From positions 104,842,001 to 104,906,000 of the forward strand of contig CM069134.1 of assembly GCA_035221665.1 (NCBI GenBank): a stretch of DNA of 64,000 nucleotides. The letters run 5' to 3'. The notes beneath the pieces are model-generated. The model was not told the origin of the DNA and searched no databases. It saw only the letters and a program-made list of their open reading frames with translations. Positions 11,753-24,750 of this stretch are shown here, in pieces (the stretch's first letter is position 1; each line of letters begins with the position of its first letter). A program made the position numbers and the translations under genes. The DNA comes from Okamejei kenojei. Taxonomy: Eukaryota.

Positions 11753-12877
11753 ATCTGGTGTGGAACACCTCATCCTGGGAGCAGATGCGGCGTAGACGGA
11801 GGAATTGGGAATAGGGGATGGAGTCCTTACAGGAAGCAGGATGGGAGGAAGAGTAGTCCAGGTAGCTGTGGGAATCAGTTGGTTTGTAGTGGATGTCGGT
11901 CAGGAGTGTATCACCTGCAATAGAGATGGTGAGGTCAAGGAATGGTAGGGAAATGTCGGAAATGGTCCAAGTGTATTTGAGTGCCTGATGGAAGTTGGTG
12001 GTGAAATGGATGAAGTTCAGTCAGTTGTGTGTGGGTGCAGGTGGTGACACCAAAGCAGTTGTCGATGTAACGGAGGTAGAGGTCGGGGATGGGGCCCTGG
12101 TACATCGAGAACAAGGATTGTTCGACATACCCGACAAAGGGGCAAGCGTAGCTGGGGCCCATGCGTGTGCCCATAGCTACGCCTTGTGTTTGGAGGAAAT
12201 GGGAGGAGTCAAAAGAGAAGTTATTGAGAGTAAGGACCAACTCCGCTAGGCGGAGGAGGGTGTCAGTGGACGGGTATGGGTTGCTCCTCTGGTCGAGGAA
12301 GAACCGGAGGGCTTTGAGACTGTCCTGGTGTGGGATGGAGTTGTAAAGTGACTGGACGTCCATGGTAAAGATGAGAGGATGGGGGCCTGGAGAATGGAAT
12401 GCACGGAGCCAACAGAGAGTGTCTGAGGTGTCTTGAACATAGGTGGGGAGGGATTTAACAAAGGGGGATAGGATGGCGTCGAGGTATGTGGAAATGTGTT
12501 CGGTGGGGCACGAACAGGCAGAGACAATGGGTCTGCCAGGGCAGTCGGGTTTGTGGATTTTGGGGAGAAGGTAAAATCAGGCCATGCGGGGCTGGGAAAC
12601 GATGAGGTTGGAGGCTTGGGGGGGTAGGGAGCCGGAGCTGATGAAGTCGGTTATGGTGCTCGAGATGGTGGCCTGGTGTTTGTCAGTGGGGTCATGGTCC
12701 AGGGGTAAACCAATTGCAGATATTGGTTTACAAAGGAAAGACACAAAATGCTGGAGGATCTTGCAGCATCCCTGGAGAACATGGACGTGTGATGTTTTTC
12801 GTCGAGACCCTTCTGCAGACCGTAAAATTGTTATATTTGTCTAGAGCAATAGAGCAACACGCAACATGTATCTGTAG

Positions 12878-13260
12878 AATGTTTCTCAATTCTGTTAACC
12901 CTTGCTGTCTCCTCCCCTTCCCACCCATCCCTCAGCCCCCGTCCCTAGCATTCCCTCTCTCTCTATCTCCCTCCCCCACCCTAGTCGCACCAGCTTCTCA
13001 TTTTCACACCACAAACAGCTTACAATGGCTTGTTCCCATTATCATCGATACTTTTTTGCATATCTCTCATTCATTGTTCTTTATCTCTCCAAATCACCGT
13101 CTATATCTCTCGTTTCCCTGATCCCTGACCAGTCTGAAGAAGGGTCTCGACCCGAAACGTCGCCTATCTCCTTCGCTCCTTAGATGCTGCTGCACCCGCT
13201 GAGTTTCTCCAGCCTTTTGTGTACCCTCGATTCTCCAACATCTGCAGTTTCTTCTTTAAC
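12878..13260 (+). mobile_element. Solo Penelope terminal repeat (pLTR) insertion
   Basis: Inverted copy of ~10304-10645; 14-bp TSD ACATGTATCTGTAG at 12864-12877 and 13261-13274. Confidence 0.92.
13134..13161 (+). ncRNA. Minimal hammerhead ribozyme motif
   Basis: CTGAAGA AGGGTCTCGACCC GAAAC GTC; predicted cleavage 3' of 13161. Confidence 0.72.
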
Positions 13261-13949
13261 ACATGTATCTGTAGTAGGTTTTCCAACCACACTGGTTTGA
13301 AACAGTCCTTATTTACTGACATTACATCCAGGTTTTGTTAGCCATTTCCTCCTGCCTTGTGTTAATTAAAATTTTAAAAGTCAAATTGCATTCTCTGCCT
13401 CAAGCCTATGACATACACAACCTCACTTGCACTGTAACTGTTTTTCCCCACAGATCTCAGAGCCATGGTTACACTTAGCTGCCCAGTGTCAAGGTTATTG
13501 CTGAGGTCTGTCATATTTCTTCAGAGTCCTGGCCCAAACCATCGCCTATCCATTCCCTCGGCAGATGCTGCCTGACCCATTAGGTTTCTCCAGCACCTTG
13601 CGTTTATCTCACAGCTTGTTGTTTGTTGTTGTATATTGAGGAAGAGAAACCATCTTCTTTTCTTTGAGCTCACAGGAGCAAGCACATCTCCCTGCTTTGT
13701 AGCCTTCCCCACTGTACGGGATGTAGCATGAGAAGAGATGTCAAGTATCCCATCACATTTTAGAAGGATGCCCTGACTCGAAAGATATGCTGGGAACCAT
13801 AAATAAAGAGGTAAAGTGAAGGACTATCAGTTTCTATATGAGGAAATATTTGTCAATCTCTGCCTGGCATACATTCAATAATTTACCTTCACAGCTAGGT
13901 TGAGAATTCTACAGATTCATAGGTTTCTGAAAGAAGGAATACCTCAGAT

Positions 13950-14600
13950 TTACGAGAATGGTGCCAGGACTTGAGGGCCTGGGCGAAAGGGAGAGGTTGA
14001 GCAGGCTTGCTCTTTATTCCTTCAGGCGTAGGAGGATCAGGGGTGATCTTATAGAGGTGTATAAGATCATGAGAGGAATAGATAAGCCAAATGCACATAG
14101 TATTTTACCGAGAGATCTGGAATTAAGAACCAGAGGATGTTGGTTTAAAGTGAGGGACAACGTTTTTACATAAAGGGTGGTAGATATATGGAACGAGCTG
14201 CTGGAGGAGGTAGCTGAGGCAGGTACTATTACAATTAAAGAATCACAATTCACAGGTTAAAAAGTAGAATTAGGCCATTTGGCCGATCGAGTCTACTCTA
14301 CCACTCAATCATGGCTGATCTCTGCCTCCTAATCCTATTTTCTTGGCTTCTCCCCATAACCATTGACACTCATTATAATCAAGAATTTGTCTCTCTGCCT
14401 TAAAACTATGCACTGATGGCCTCCACAGCCCTCTGTGGCAATAAATTCCTCAGATTAATTACCCTCTGACAAAATAAGTCCCTCCTCACCTCCTTTCCAA
14501 AAGAACACCCTTTAATTCTGTGGCTATGACCTCTAAGCCTAGACTCCCCCACCAGTGGAAACATCCTTATCACATCCACTCTACTATCTATGCCTTTCAT
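13950..14600. mobile_element. Two older CR1 3' fragments (13950-14240 plus; 14255-14600 minus)
   Basis: ERLSRLALYS..RGDLIEVYKIMRGID (plus) and MFPLVGESRLRGHSHRIKG (minus). Confidence 0.85.
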
Positions 14601-16305
14601 AGGCAAATCCATTTGATAAGAAAGCAAATGTGTTTCACTTCCACTGTCCTAGATGTTAATTGTGATGGATGATAAAGTCTGATGGGTGCTCAGCTCTAAG
14701 TTAAAGGCGGAAAAGGGACAGGGAACAAATGTGTTATGTTTGGTAAAAATATATTATCTCAGAGTCATGAGGGTCTTGGGCAGGGGTGTGGCAACAAACT
14801 TTCTAGAATATCAAACAATACTGTCAGGGGCATCAGTCGTGACAACCCTGAAAACAACCATTACGAAAGGAAGATCCGGAGTACAGAAATCAGAGAAAAT
14901 ATTTTATTATTCAAATCATTTTGGCATGAATCAATCTCATGTCACATGGGCAATACTGAGTCAAAGTCATGAGTTTTTACAATTTAGATGGTCAGTTAGA
15001 AAAGTGAATGAAATATAAGTCAGAAGTATGCATGCATGTTTAAATAACTCGAGTGCTAATAAAGGTTTAGTTGTCCTCCACCGACACTCCTCGACTTGAC
15101 GGCCCGCAGGCCTAAGGCCTATGCCGCCTTGCCGACCACAACGAGGCCGAGATTGCCACCACACGGAGCAGCACCATCATCCACCGACTCTCCGAACCTC
15201 ACGGCCTTCCCGGTCAAACCCAGGCCCGGACCACCGAAACTGCCGCAGCTGCCGCAGCTGCCGACTCTCACTGCCTCCCTGGGACCACTGCACTGTTGTC
15301 GCTGACCTCCACTGTCTCCCGGAAACTACCGATGCTGTTGCCGCTGACCCATATCTCTACTCCAGCCCCCCACGGGCCTCCACCAGCAACTCCGCCAAGC
15401 CTTGCCTCTCAAAAAGGGAGGGAGAGAGAAAACGGAGAATTACAGACCAGTTGGTCTAACATCGGTGGTGGGGAAAATGCTAGAGTCAGTTATTAAAGAT
15501 GGGATAGCAGCACATTTGGAAACTGGTGAAATCATTGGACAAAGTCAGCATGGATTTACGAAAGGTAAATCATATCTGACGAATCTTATAGAATGTTTCG
15601 ATGATGTAACTAGTAGAGTGGATAAGGGAGAACCAGTGGATGTGTTATATCTGGACTTTCAGAAGGCTTTCGACAAGGTCCCACATAAGAGATTAGTATA
15701 CAAACTTAAAGCACACGGTATTGGGGGTTCAGTATTGATGTGGATAGAGAACTGGCTGGCAGACAGGAAGCAAAGAGTAGGAGTAAACGGGTCATTTTCA
15801 GAATGGCAGGCAATGACTAGTGGGGTACCACAAGGCTCGGTGCTGGGACTCCAGCTATTTACAATATATATTAATGATCTGGATGAGGGAATTGAATGCA
15901 ACATCTCCAAGTTTGCGGATGACACGAAGCTGGGGGGCAGTGTTAGCTGTGAGGACGATGCTAAGAGGATGCAAGGTGACTTGGATCGGTTGGGTGAGTG
16001 GGCAAATGCATGGCAGACGCAGTATAATGTGGATAAATGTGAGGTTATCCACTTTGGTGGCAAAAACAGGAAAGTCGACTATTATCTGAATGGTGGCCGA
16101 TTAGGAAAAGGGGAGATGCAACGAGGCCTGGGTGTCATGGTACACCAGTCATTGAAAGTAGGCATGCAGGTGCAGCAGGCAGTGAAGAAAGCGAATGGCA
16201 TGTTAGCATTCATAGCAAAAGGATTTGAGTATAAGAGCAGGGAGGTTCTACTGCAGTTGTACAGGGTCTTGGTGAGGCCACACCTGGAGTATTGCATACA
16301 GTTTT

Positions 16306-16462
16306 TGTAGATGGTTTATATATGCAACCAATAATATAGTTACCTCAGTACCATTAACCCCGCCTAGTTAACATCAATCATAACGCCTTCCCCTCCCTGG
16401 GTACAGTACAGTAGAAGAATGTAGCCAGTGCTTGATGATGTATGTAACACCTTGTTCCTATC
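16306..16462 (+). repeat. 5' LTR (3'-truncated)
   Basis: Matches 17986-18139; 4 substitutions and one 2-bp indel over the first ~145 bp. Confidence 0.95.
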
Positions 16463-17985
16463 GTGCGCCCCGCTGACCTCCTGTGCTCGCCACCCCTACG
16501 AAACAGAGGACTTGCTCATACTGGCCGTTAATTTTATTCCCACCAAGCAGCTACAGGTTTTGGCCGAGCACACCGCTGCCGATCCAGTTTTGCATCGGCT
16601 TGCCTCAGTGATTAAATCATGGTGGCCAACAAAGCGCTCCGCTGCGCCGTCTGAAACACAGCCTTTCTTCCTGGTCCGCGACGAACTGGTGCTCCAGAAT
16701 GACGTTATCGACAAGGGACATAAAGTTGTAGTCCCGTCCTCCCTATTCGAATTTTACTATTGCGCAGCCCATAGCGGACACCCTGGGGTCGACGCAACAC
16801 TCGCCCACGCTCAGTGCCAATTCTACTGGCCTGGAATGGCCAAATATATCTGCCTGCTCCACATGCAACAGACATGCTCCACACCAGCAGCGACAGCCCC
16901 TGCTGCAACAGCCCGCCCCTGCCTTGGCCTGGTCCTCGTTGGCTGCCGACATCTTCGAGTGGCGTGGTAACCACTACCTTGTCCTGGTCGACTCGTACTC
17001 AAACTGGTTCAAAGTGGATTTACTGACATCCCTCACGTCGGAGATGGTGATCCGAAAACTGCGGAAACACTTCTCCACTTTTGGGTCCCCTGTCAGGCTT
17101 TAGACTGACAACGACAGGCAGTTTACCAGCCGAGAATTCAAACGTTTTGCCGGCAAGTGGAATTTCGTGCATTTCACCAGCAGCCCAGAGTACCCAAAGA
17201 ACAACGGCCTTGCTGAACGGGCCGTCCGCAGCGCCAAGCTTCTGATGGAACAGGCTGTATTTGGATCTCCTGAACCTCAGGAATGTTTCCAGGGATCCGG
17301 CCATGGGGTCACCTGCTCAGCGTCTGATGACCAGAACAACCAGATCTACCATCCAGATTGCCCAGCGCCAGCTGCAACCTCGGGTGCTGGAACCTGCCTC
17401 CGTGCAGAGGCGAATTCAAGAGAAACATGACAGCCAGCGGCGTTCCCACGATCGGTCGTGCAGACCACTCGATCCTCTGTTGCCTGGACAGGTTGTTGGG
17501 TTGCAGACCGACAGTGGTCACTCCCGTCTGGCTACCGTGGTTGGGGTGGCCGACTCACCTCGTTCGTATCTGGTCGACTATGAGGGAACCATCTACCAAA
17601 GTAGCCGACAACACCTGCTTGCGGTTAATGAGCCGAAGCCGCAGACCCCGGGGCCCTATGCCCTGCCACTCTCGTACCAGCAGCCGGCTGCCATCCCAGC
17701 CAGTGTTCCCTGCATGCCTCGATCCCCATATCGAGCGCCCGGTTCCCCTCTGCGCGGGTCACCTGTTGCCGGTCGTGGTTCTCACTCTCCTGTTTCTCCC
17801 ACCCCACCGTCCTTCCCTGGTTCCCCTGCTGCCTCGTGTCCTCCTGTTTCTTCTGCTCTTTCGGGGGAAGGGGGAGACATCCGTAAGCGCTCGGGCCGGA
17901 TTAGTAAGCCACATGTTCGTTATGGCGATTTTGTTTAATTCTGTTGTTGTGACAACAATCTGTTTTGATTTTCTAAGGGGAAGGA

Positions 17986-18187
17986 TGTAGATTGTTTATA
18001 TGCAACCAATAATATAGTTACCTCAGTACCATTAACCCCGCCTAGTTAACATCAATCATAACGCCTTCCCTTCCCTGGGTACAGTTCAGTAGAAGAATGT
18101 AGCCAGTGCTTGATGATGCATGTAACACCCTGTGCTATCTTTAAAAGATGTTGCACACTTTAAGAGTTTGTGAATTGCTTATTTACA
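17986..18187 (+). repeat. 3' LTR (202 bp, complete)
   Basis: Starts TGTAG right after the PPT and ends TTTACA before the TSD. Confidence 0.95.
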
Positions 18188-18870
18188 GTTTTGGACTCCT
18201 AATCTGACGAAAGACATTCTTGCCATAGAAGGAGTACAGAGAAGGTTCACCAGACTGATTCCTGGGATGGCAGGACTTTCATATGAAGAAAGACTGGATA
18301 GACTCGGCTTGTACTCGCTAGAATTTAGATGATTGAGGGGGGATCTTATAGAGACTTACAAACTTCTTAAGGGGTTGGACAGGCTAGATGCAGGAAGATT
18401 GTTCCCGATGTTGGGGAAGTCCAGAACAAGGGGTCACAGTTTAAGGATAAGGGGGAAGTCTTTTAGGATCGAGATGAGAAAATCATTTTTCACACAGAGA
18501 GTAGTGAATCTGTGGAATTCTCTGCCACAGAAGGTAGTTGAGGCCAGTTCATTGGCTACATTTAAGAGGGAGTTAGATGTAGCCCTTGTGGCTAAAGGGA
18601 ACAGGGGGTATGGAGAGAAGGCAGGTACAGGATACTGAGTTGGATGATCAGCCATGATCATATGGAATGGCGGTGCGAGCTGGAAGGGCTGAATGGCCTA
18701 CTCCTGCACCTACTTTCTATGTTTCTATGGTTCCACCGCCCACCAGCAGGCCTCACCTGAGTTCCAGGCTCAGTACCAGGCCCACAACCTCCATGATGCA
18801 GACTCCAACAGCACGTGGTCTGACTCTGCTGGGTCCTACTGCTCCCCCCCCCCTCCTACAGGGAGCTGCA

Positions 18871-19625
18871 TATCAGAATCTGAATCAGAATCAGAATCTC
18901 ACTTTATTCGGCAAGTATATTTTGCAACATACAAGGAATTTCATCGGTCAGTCATACAATTAAAAGTAACAGATCACTCAAAAACACATTTTAACATGAA
19001 CGACCACCACAGTGACTCCTACACATCCTCACTGTGATGGAAGGCGAAATAAAATTCAAGTCCTTAGTCATTAGATCTTCCTCGGTCATGGGCCTCGAGC
19101 CCCTGTTGACAGAATGATCTTGACTCCCGCAGCCGGCAGTGTTCGGGCCATCCACGTCGAGGCGATCTGCTCCTGCATCAGGGGGATGTCAGTTCCCCTG
19201 CGCCGGGCGATTGAACCTCGCGTCGGGGCTGGTCGAACCTTCCGCAACGTTGGAGCTTCCCGACTAGCCTCTCCCGAAGACTGCAAGCCCTTGATGTTGA
19301 AGTCCACGGTGGTCATGGTGGGAGCAATCCCAAGCAAGGGATCATCTCTGATGTTAAGTCCACTACCTGCGGTGGGGTTCACGACAGTCCGAGGAGGCTT
19401 CCAGCTCCATCGATGGAAGACCGCAGAGCCTGGATGAATGTGATCCGAAAATTGATCACATCACCGGGAAGGTAAAAAGCTGAAAAAAAGATTCCCCGAT
19501 CCCCTATCACCTCCCCCCACATAAAACAAACCGAAGAACATTAAAACAAAAACTTTTAACAAACTAAAAAATAACAAAACGAATGAAAAGACGAACAGAC
19601 TGCCGGCAGGGCAGCCATCGTAGTA
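18871..19625 (-). mobile_element. Non-autonomous retroposon with (TGATTC)n tail, family unassigned (possibly Rex1/Babar-related)
   Basis: (GAATCA)n followed by ctttatt (AATAAA + microsatellite tail on minus); body homologous to 56660-56725 + 57752-58290. Confidence 0.6.
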
Positions 19626-19629
19626 GTGA

Positions 19630-21817
19630 TGGGCCTTCCCCCTCGATTAACCAGGTTACCCTGACCACACCCCACCAATACAATAGTCCTCATGCCCCCT
19701 CCTCTCAGAACAACCACCATCCTCCCACCAGACCTCGCCTCGGCCTTTATCCACTACCTGACCTCAACCCCCAACCTTGTCGTGACTTCACCATCCCCCC
19801 TGACCTCTCCCTTTCCGATACTGAACGGTCTGTTCTCAGCAGAGGCCTCACCTTCGTTCCCCTCCGCCCCCACCTCACGAGTTTGTGGTCCGCCATGACA
19901 TTGAGCCTTTCTTCCACGCCTCTACCTCCGTGACGTTTTCTATGAAGGAGTCCTCACCACCCTTCTCCCTCCTCTTGGACTTCCCAGAACAGCCTTCTAC
20001 CCTCTCTAGACTTTATTTCTAATGGCCGGCGTGACATTAACCGTCTCAACTTTTCCAACCCCTAGTATTCAAACCTCACCCCCTCTGAACGTACAGCCCT
20101 CCGCTCACTCTGCAGCAACCCTGACATTATAATCAAACCCGCCAACAGGAGAGGTGCCGTGGTAGGCTGGCTCGCTGATCTCTACCAGGCTGGGGCCAGG
20201 CGACAACTCTCACACACCTCCTCCTACTTATTCTTGGACCATGAACCCACAGACGAGTACCGGGCCTTAACTTCACACACCATTTCTGATTTCATCACTT
20301 CTGGCTGTCTGTCTTCCACAGCCTCCAACCTTATCGTTTCCCAGCCCCGCACAACCTTCTCCACAAAATCCACTAGCACAACTGCCCTGGCAGACCCATA
20401 GTTTCTGCCTGCTCCTGTCCCACGGAAATTATTTCCACGTACCTCGACTCCATCCTATACCCCCTGGTCCAATCTCTCCCGAGGTGTCCAAGATACCTCA
20501 CATGCCCTTTGTCTCTTCAACGATCTCTGCTTTCTGAGCCCCCACTCCCTCATATTTACTGTGGACGTTCAGTCACACTACACCTCCATCCCCCACCAGG
20601 AAGGCCTTAAACCCCTCTGTTTCTTCCTTGACCGCAGAACCATCCAATTTCCCTCAGCTATCACTCAACTCCGCCTAACGGAGCTTGTCCATCTCTCAAC
20701 AACTTCTCCTTGGACACCTCCCACTTCCTCCAAGGCGTAGCTATGGGCCCCAGTTACGCCTGCCTCTTTGTAGGGTACGTTGAATAATCCTTATTCCAGG
20801 CATACACTGGCCCTATCCCTGCACTCTTTCAATTACATTGATGACTGCATCGGTGCTACCTCCTGCACCCATGCAGAACTCATGGACTTCATCAACTTCA
20901 CCACCAATTTTCATCCTGCACGCAAATTGGACTATCTCTGACACCCCTGTCCCCTTTCTTGATTTCACAGTCTCCATCACAGGAAAATAGACTGACGTCT
21001 ATTACAAACCCACTGACTCTCACAACTATCTCGACTACACTTCTTCCCACCCTGCATCCTGCAAAGACTCTATCCCTACTCCCAATTCCTCCATCTGCGC
21101 CGCATCTGCGCCCAAGATGAGTTGTTCCATACCAGGTCATCTAAGATGTCCTCATTCTTAAGGGAACGGGATTCCCATCTCCCATCATAGATGAGGCCTT
21201 GACATGTGTCTCCTTGGTATCCCGCTGCTCCGCCCTTACTACCCCTCTCCCTAGTTGCTTCAGAGACAGAGTCCCCCAAGTCCTTACCTTCCACCCCATC
21301 AGCCGCCGTATACAACACATAATCCGCCGAAATTTCAATGGGATACCACCACTAGCCACATTTTCCCATCTTCCCCCCCCATCCGCCTTCTGCAGAGATC
21401 GTTTCCTCCGCAAATCCCTGGTTAACATCCTTTCCCACCAAAACCACCCCCTCCCCTGGTACCTTCCACTGCAACCGCAGAAGATGCAACACTTGTCGCT
21501 CTACCTCCTCCTTTGACTCTGTCCTGGAACACTGACAGTCCTTTCAGGTTAGGCAGAGATTCACCTGCACCTCCTCCAACCTCATCTACTGTATCTGTTT
21601 TTCAAAATGTCGACTCTTATACATCAGAGAAGACCAAATGTAGACGGGGTGAAACTTTCGCGGAACAACTTCGCTCAGCCCGCCTGAACCTACCTGACAT
21701 CTGTTTGCCGGACACTTTAATTCTCCTTCTCATTCCTACACAGAAATTTCTGTCCTCCGTCTCCTCCATTGTCAGAGTGAGCATAAATGCAAATTGGAGG
21801 AACAGCATCTCATATTT
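19630..21817 (+). mobile_element. Degraded Penelope element; 3' end continues at 24751-24904 and 25544-25630
   Basis: LSDTERSVLSRGLTFVP N-terminal motif, RT remnants (gacgttcagtca, caaggcgtagctatggg, tacattgatgac), GIY-YIG remnant up to EEQHLIF; resumes as gcagcgcaatggtatgaatattga after the CR1. Confidence 0.9.
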
Positions 21818-24750
21818 CATAGAAACATAGAAACATAGATAATAGGTGCAGGAGTAGGCCATTCGGCCCTTTGAGCCAGCACAGCCATTCATTGTGATCA
21901 TGACTGATCGTTCCCTATCAATAACGCGTGCCTGCCTTCTCCCCATATCCCTTGACTCCACTAGCCCCTAGAGCTCTATCTAACTCTCTCTTAAATCCAT
22001 CCAGTGATTTGGCCTCCACTGCCCTCTGTGGCAGGGAATTCCATAAATTCACAACTCTCTGGGTGAAAAAGTTTTTTTCTCACCTCAGTCTTAAATGACC
22101 TCCCCTTTATTCTAAGACTGTGGCCCCTGGTTCTTGACTCGCCCAACATTGGGAACATTTTTCCTGCATCTAGCTTGTCCAGTCCTTTTATAATTTTATA
22201 TGTTTCTATAAGATTCCCCCCTCACCCTTCTAAACTCCAGTGAATACAAGCCTAGTCTTTTCAATCTTTCCTCATATGACCGTTCCGCCATCCCAGGGAT
22301 CAATCTCGTGAATCTACGCTGCACTGCCTCAATCATAAGGATGTCCTTCCTCAAATTAGGAGACAAAACTATACACAATACTCCAGATGTGGTCTCACCA
22401 GAGCCCTACACAACTGCAGAAGAACCTCATTACTCCTGTATTGAAATCCTCTTGTTATGAATGCCAACTTTCTTCACTGCCTGTTGTACCTGTAAGCCAT
22501 CTTTCAATGACCGGTGTACAAGCACGCCCAGGTCTCATTGCACCTCCCCCTTACCTAATCTAACCCCATTGAGATAATAATCTGCCCCCTTGGTTTTACA
22601 ATAAAGTGGATAACCTCATATTTATCTGTATTATACTGCATCTACCACACATCTGCCCACTCACTCAACCTGTCCAGGTCACCCTGCAACCTCCTAACAT
22701 CCTCTTCACAGTTCACACTGACACCCAGCTTTGTGTCATCTGCAAACTTGCTAGTGTTGCTCCTAATTCCCTCTTCCAAATCTTTAATATATATGGTAAA
22801 CAGTTGCGTTCCCAACACCGAGCCTTGCGGCATTCCACTCGCCACTGCCTGCCATTCTGAAAAGGATCCGTTCACTCCTACTCTTTGCTACTGGTCTGCC
22901 AACAAATTTTCTATCCATGTCAACACCCTACCCCGAATACCATGTGCTCTAATTTTAGTCACCAGTCTCCCGTGCAGAACCTTATCAAAGGCTTTCTGAA
23001 AGTCTAGATACACTACATCCACTGGCACCCCTTCATCCATTTTACTTGTCACATCTTCAAAAAAATCCAGAAGATTAGTCAAGCATGATTTCCCTTTCAT
23101 AAATCCATGTTGACTTGGACTAATCCTTTTACTGCTATCCAAATGCCCCATTATTACCTCTTTAATAATTGACTCCAGCATCTTTCCTACCACCGAAGTC
23201 AGGCTAACTGGTCTGTAATTCCCTGTTTTCTCTCTCGCTCCTTTCTTGAAAAGTGGGATAACATTAGCTATCCTCCAATCCACAGGAACTGATCCTGAAT
23301 CTATTGAACATTGGAAAATGATCACCAATGCGTCCACTATTTCTAGAGCCACCTTCCTGAGGACCCTGGGATGCAGACCATCAGGCACAGGGGATTTATC
23401 ATCCTTTAGTCCCATTAGCCTACCCAATACTATTTCTCGCCTAATGAAAATTTCTTTCAGTTCCTCTACCCCCTTAGATCCTCTGTCCTCCAGTACATCT
23501 GGGAGATTGTTTGTGTCTTTCTTAGTGAAGACAGACCCGAAGTACCTATTCAACTCTTCTGCCATTTCCTTGTTGCCCATAATAATTTCACCCATGTCTG
23601 CCTTTAAGGGACCCACATTTGACTTTGCTACCCTTTTTCCCTTAACATATCTAAAGAAGCTTTTACTGTCCTTCTTTATATTCCTGGCCTTAGAAACATA
23701 GAAACGCAGGAGTTTCAGCCCTTCGAGCCTTTCAATATGATCATGGCTGATCATACTCAGTACCCGTACCTGCCTTCTCTCCATACCCTCTGATTCCAAC
23801 TCACTCTTAAATATAGCCAATGAACTTTCTGTGGCAGAGAGTTCCAGAGACTCACCACTTCTTCCCTTCATACTTCATCTTTTCAGCCTATATTGCCCGT
23901 TTTGTTTCCTTCTGTTGTCCTATGAATGTTTCCCAATCCTCTGGCTTCCGACTACTCTTTGCTGTGTTTTACATCTTTTCTTTTAGTTTTATGCTATCCC
24001 TAAATTCTCTTGTCAGCCACGGTTGCCTCCTACTCACCTTAGAATCTTTCTTCCTTTTTGGAATGAAATGATCCTGCGTCTTCCAGATTAAGCCCAGAAA
24101 TTCCTGCCATTGCTGTTCCACCGTCATTCCTGCTAGGATCTCTTTCCAGTCTACATGGCCAGTTCCCCTCTGTTCAACTGCATCACTGCCACTTCCGATT
24201 TAATGTTCACCTTCTCAAACTGCAGATTAAAACTAATCATATTATTATCACTACCTCCAAGGTATCATATTATATTATTATCACTATCTCCTTTACCTCA
24301 TCAGTCCCTATGTCTTCCCTCGCAAGGGACTGAATTCCATCCCTCACAAGCAGAGCTATCACCCCTCCTCTGCCCACCTGCCTGTCCTTTCTATAGGATG
24401 TATAACCTTGAATATTAAGTTCCCAGGCCCGATCCTCCTGCAGCCACGTCTCAGTAATCCCCACAATGAAATATCTACCAACCTCTAACTGAGCCTCAAG
24501 CTCATCTACTTTACTTCTTATACTTCGCACATTCATATACAATACTTTTAATTCCTTACGCATCTCACCTTTCACATCGATCCCCATTACACTTGGCCAT
24601 ACTCTCCTATCCCTTTGTGAGCTTCCTTTCCCGTTAATCCTGGGGTCATTAACTATCCCATTACTCTCTTTCCCTTTAACTCCATCCTCGACTATCCCAT
24701 TTGACACCCCAACCCCCTTATTCAGTTTAAAACCACCCATATAGCAGTAG
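21818..24750 (-). mobile_element. CR1 LINE, near-complete ORF2 with deletions and frameshifts
   Basis: (CATAGAAA)n tail at 21818; RT ORFs 22642-22875 (PQGSVLG, FADD) and 22888-23690; APE endonuclease start LYMNVRSI..GITETWL in ORF 24270-24836. Confidence 0.95.
23691..23860 (-). mobile_element. Short deleted CR1 3' fragment nested in CR1
   Basis: tagaaacatagaaac tail plus 3'UTR pieces interrupting host ttcctggcc|cttcccttcatacttc. Confidence 0.8.

Larger units (their letters stand above)
10304..12711 (-). mobile_element. Penelope-like retroelement, 5'-truncated, inserted in an older Penelope end
   Basis: RT motifs MDVQSLY, QGVAMG, YLRYIDN (11935-12363); GIY-YIG ORF at 10627-11367; 3' terminal region 10304-10630; 9-bp TSD AATTGCAGA at 10295-10303 and 12712-12720. 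Confidence 0.93.
16306..18187 (+). mobile_element. Internally deleted Ty3/Gypsy LTR retrotransposon (integrase only)
   Basis: TGTA..TACA ends; 5-bp TSD GTTTT (16301-16305, 18188-18192); PPT AAGGGGAAGGA at 17975-17985; integrase HHCC region (HSGHPG..FYWPGM) and DDE core (ADIF, TDN, NGLAERAV), frameshifted. Confidence 0.95.
15402..18729 (+). mobile_element. 5'-truncated CR1 LINE interrupted by a Gypsy element
   Basis: ORF 15402-16310 is a CR1 RT (NYRPVGLTS, GVPQGSVLG, FADD) ending HLEYCIQF; resumes at 18193 and runs to a (TTCTATGT)n tail at ~18715-18729. Confidence 0.96.

Noticed and set aside
10304-13260. Single Penelope with inverted terminal repeats
   Set aside because: The two parts have separate TSDs (9 bp and 14 bp), so they are independent insertions
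22888-23871. 327-aa ORF with an unusual N-terminus
   Set aside because: The N-terminus comes from the nested CR1 3' fragment at 23691-23860
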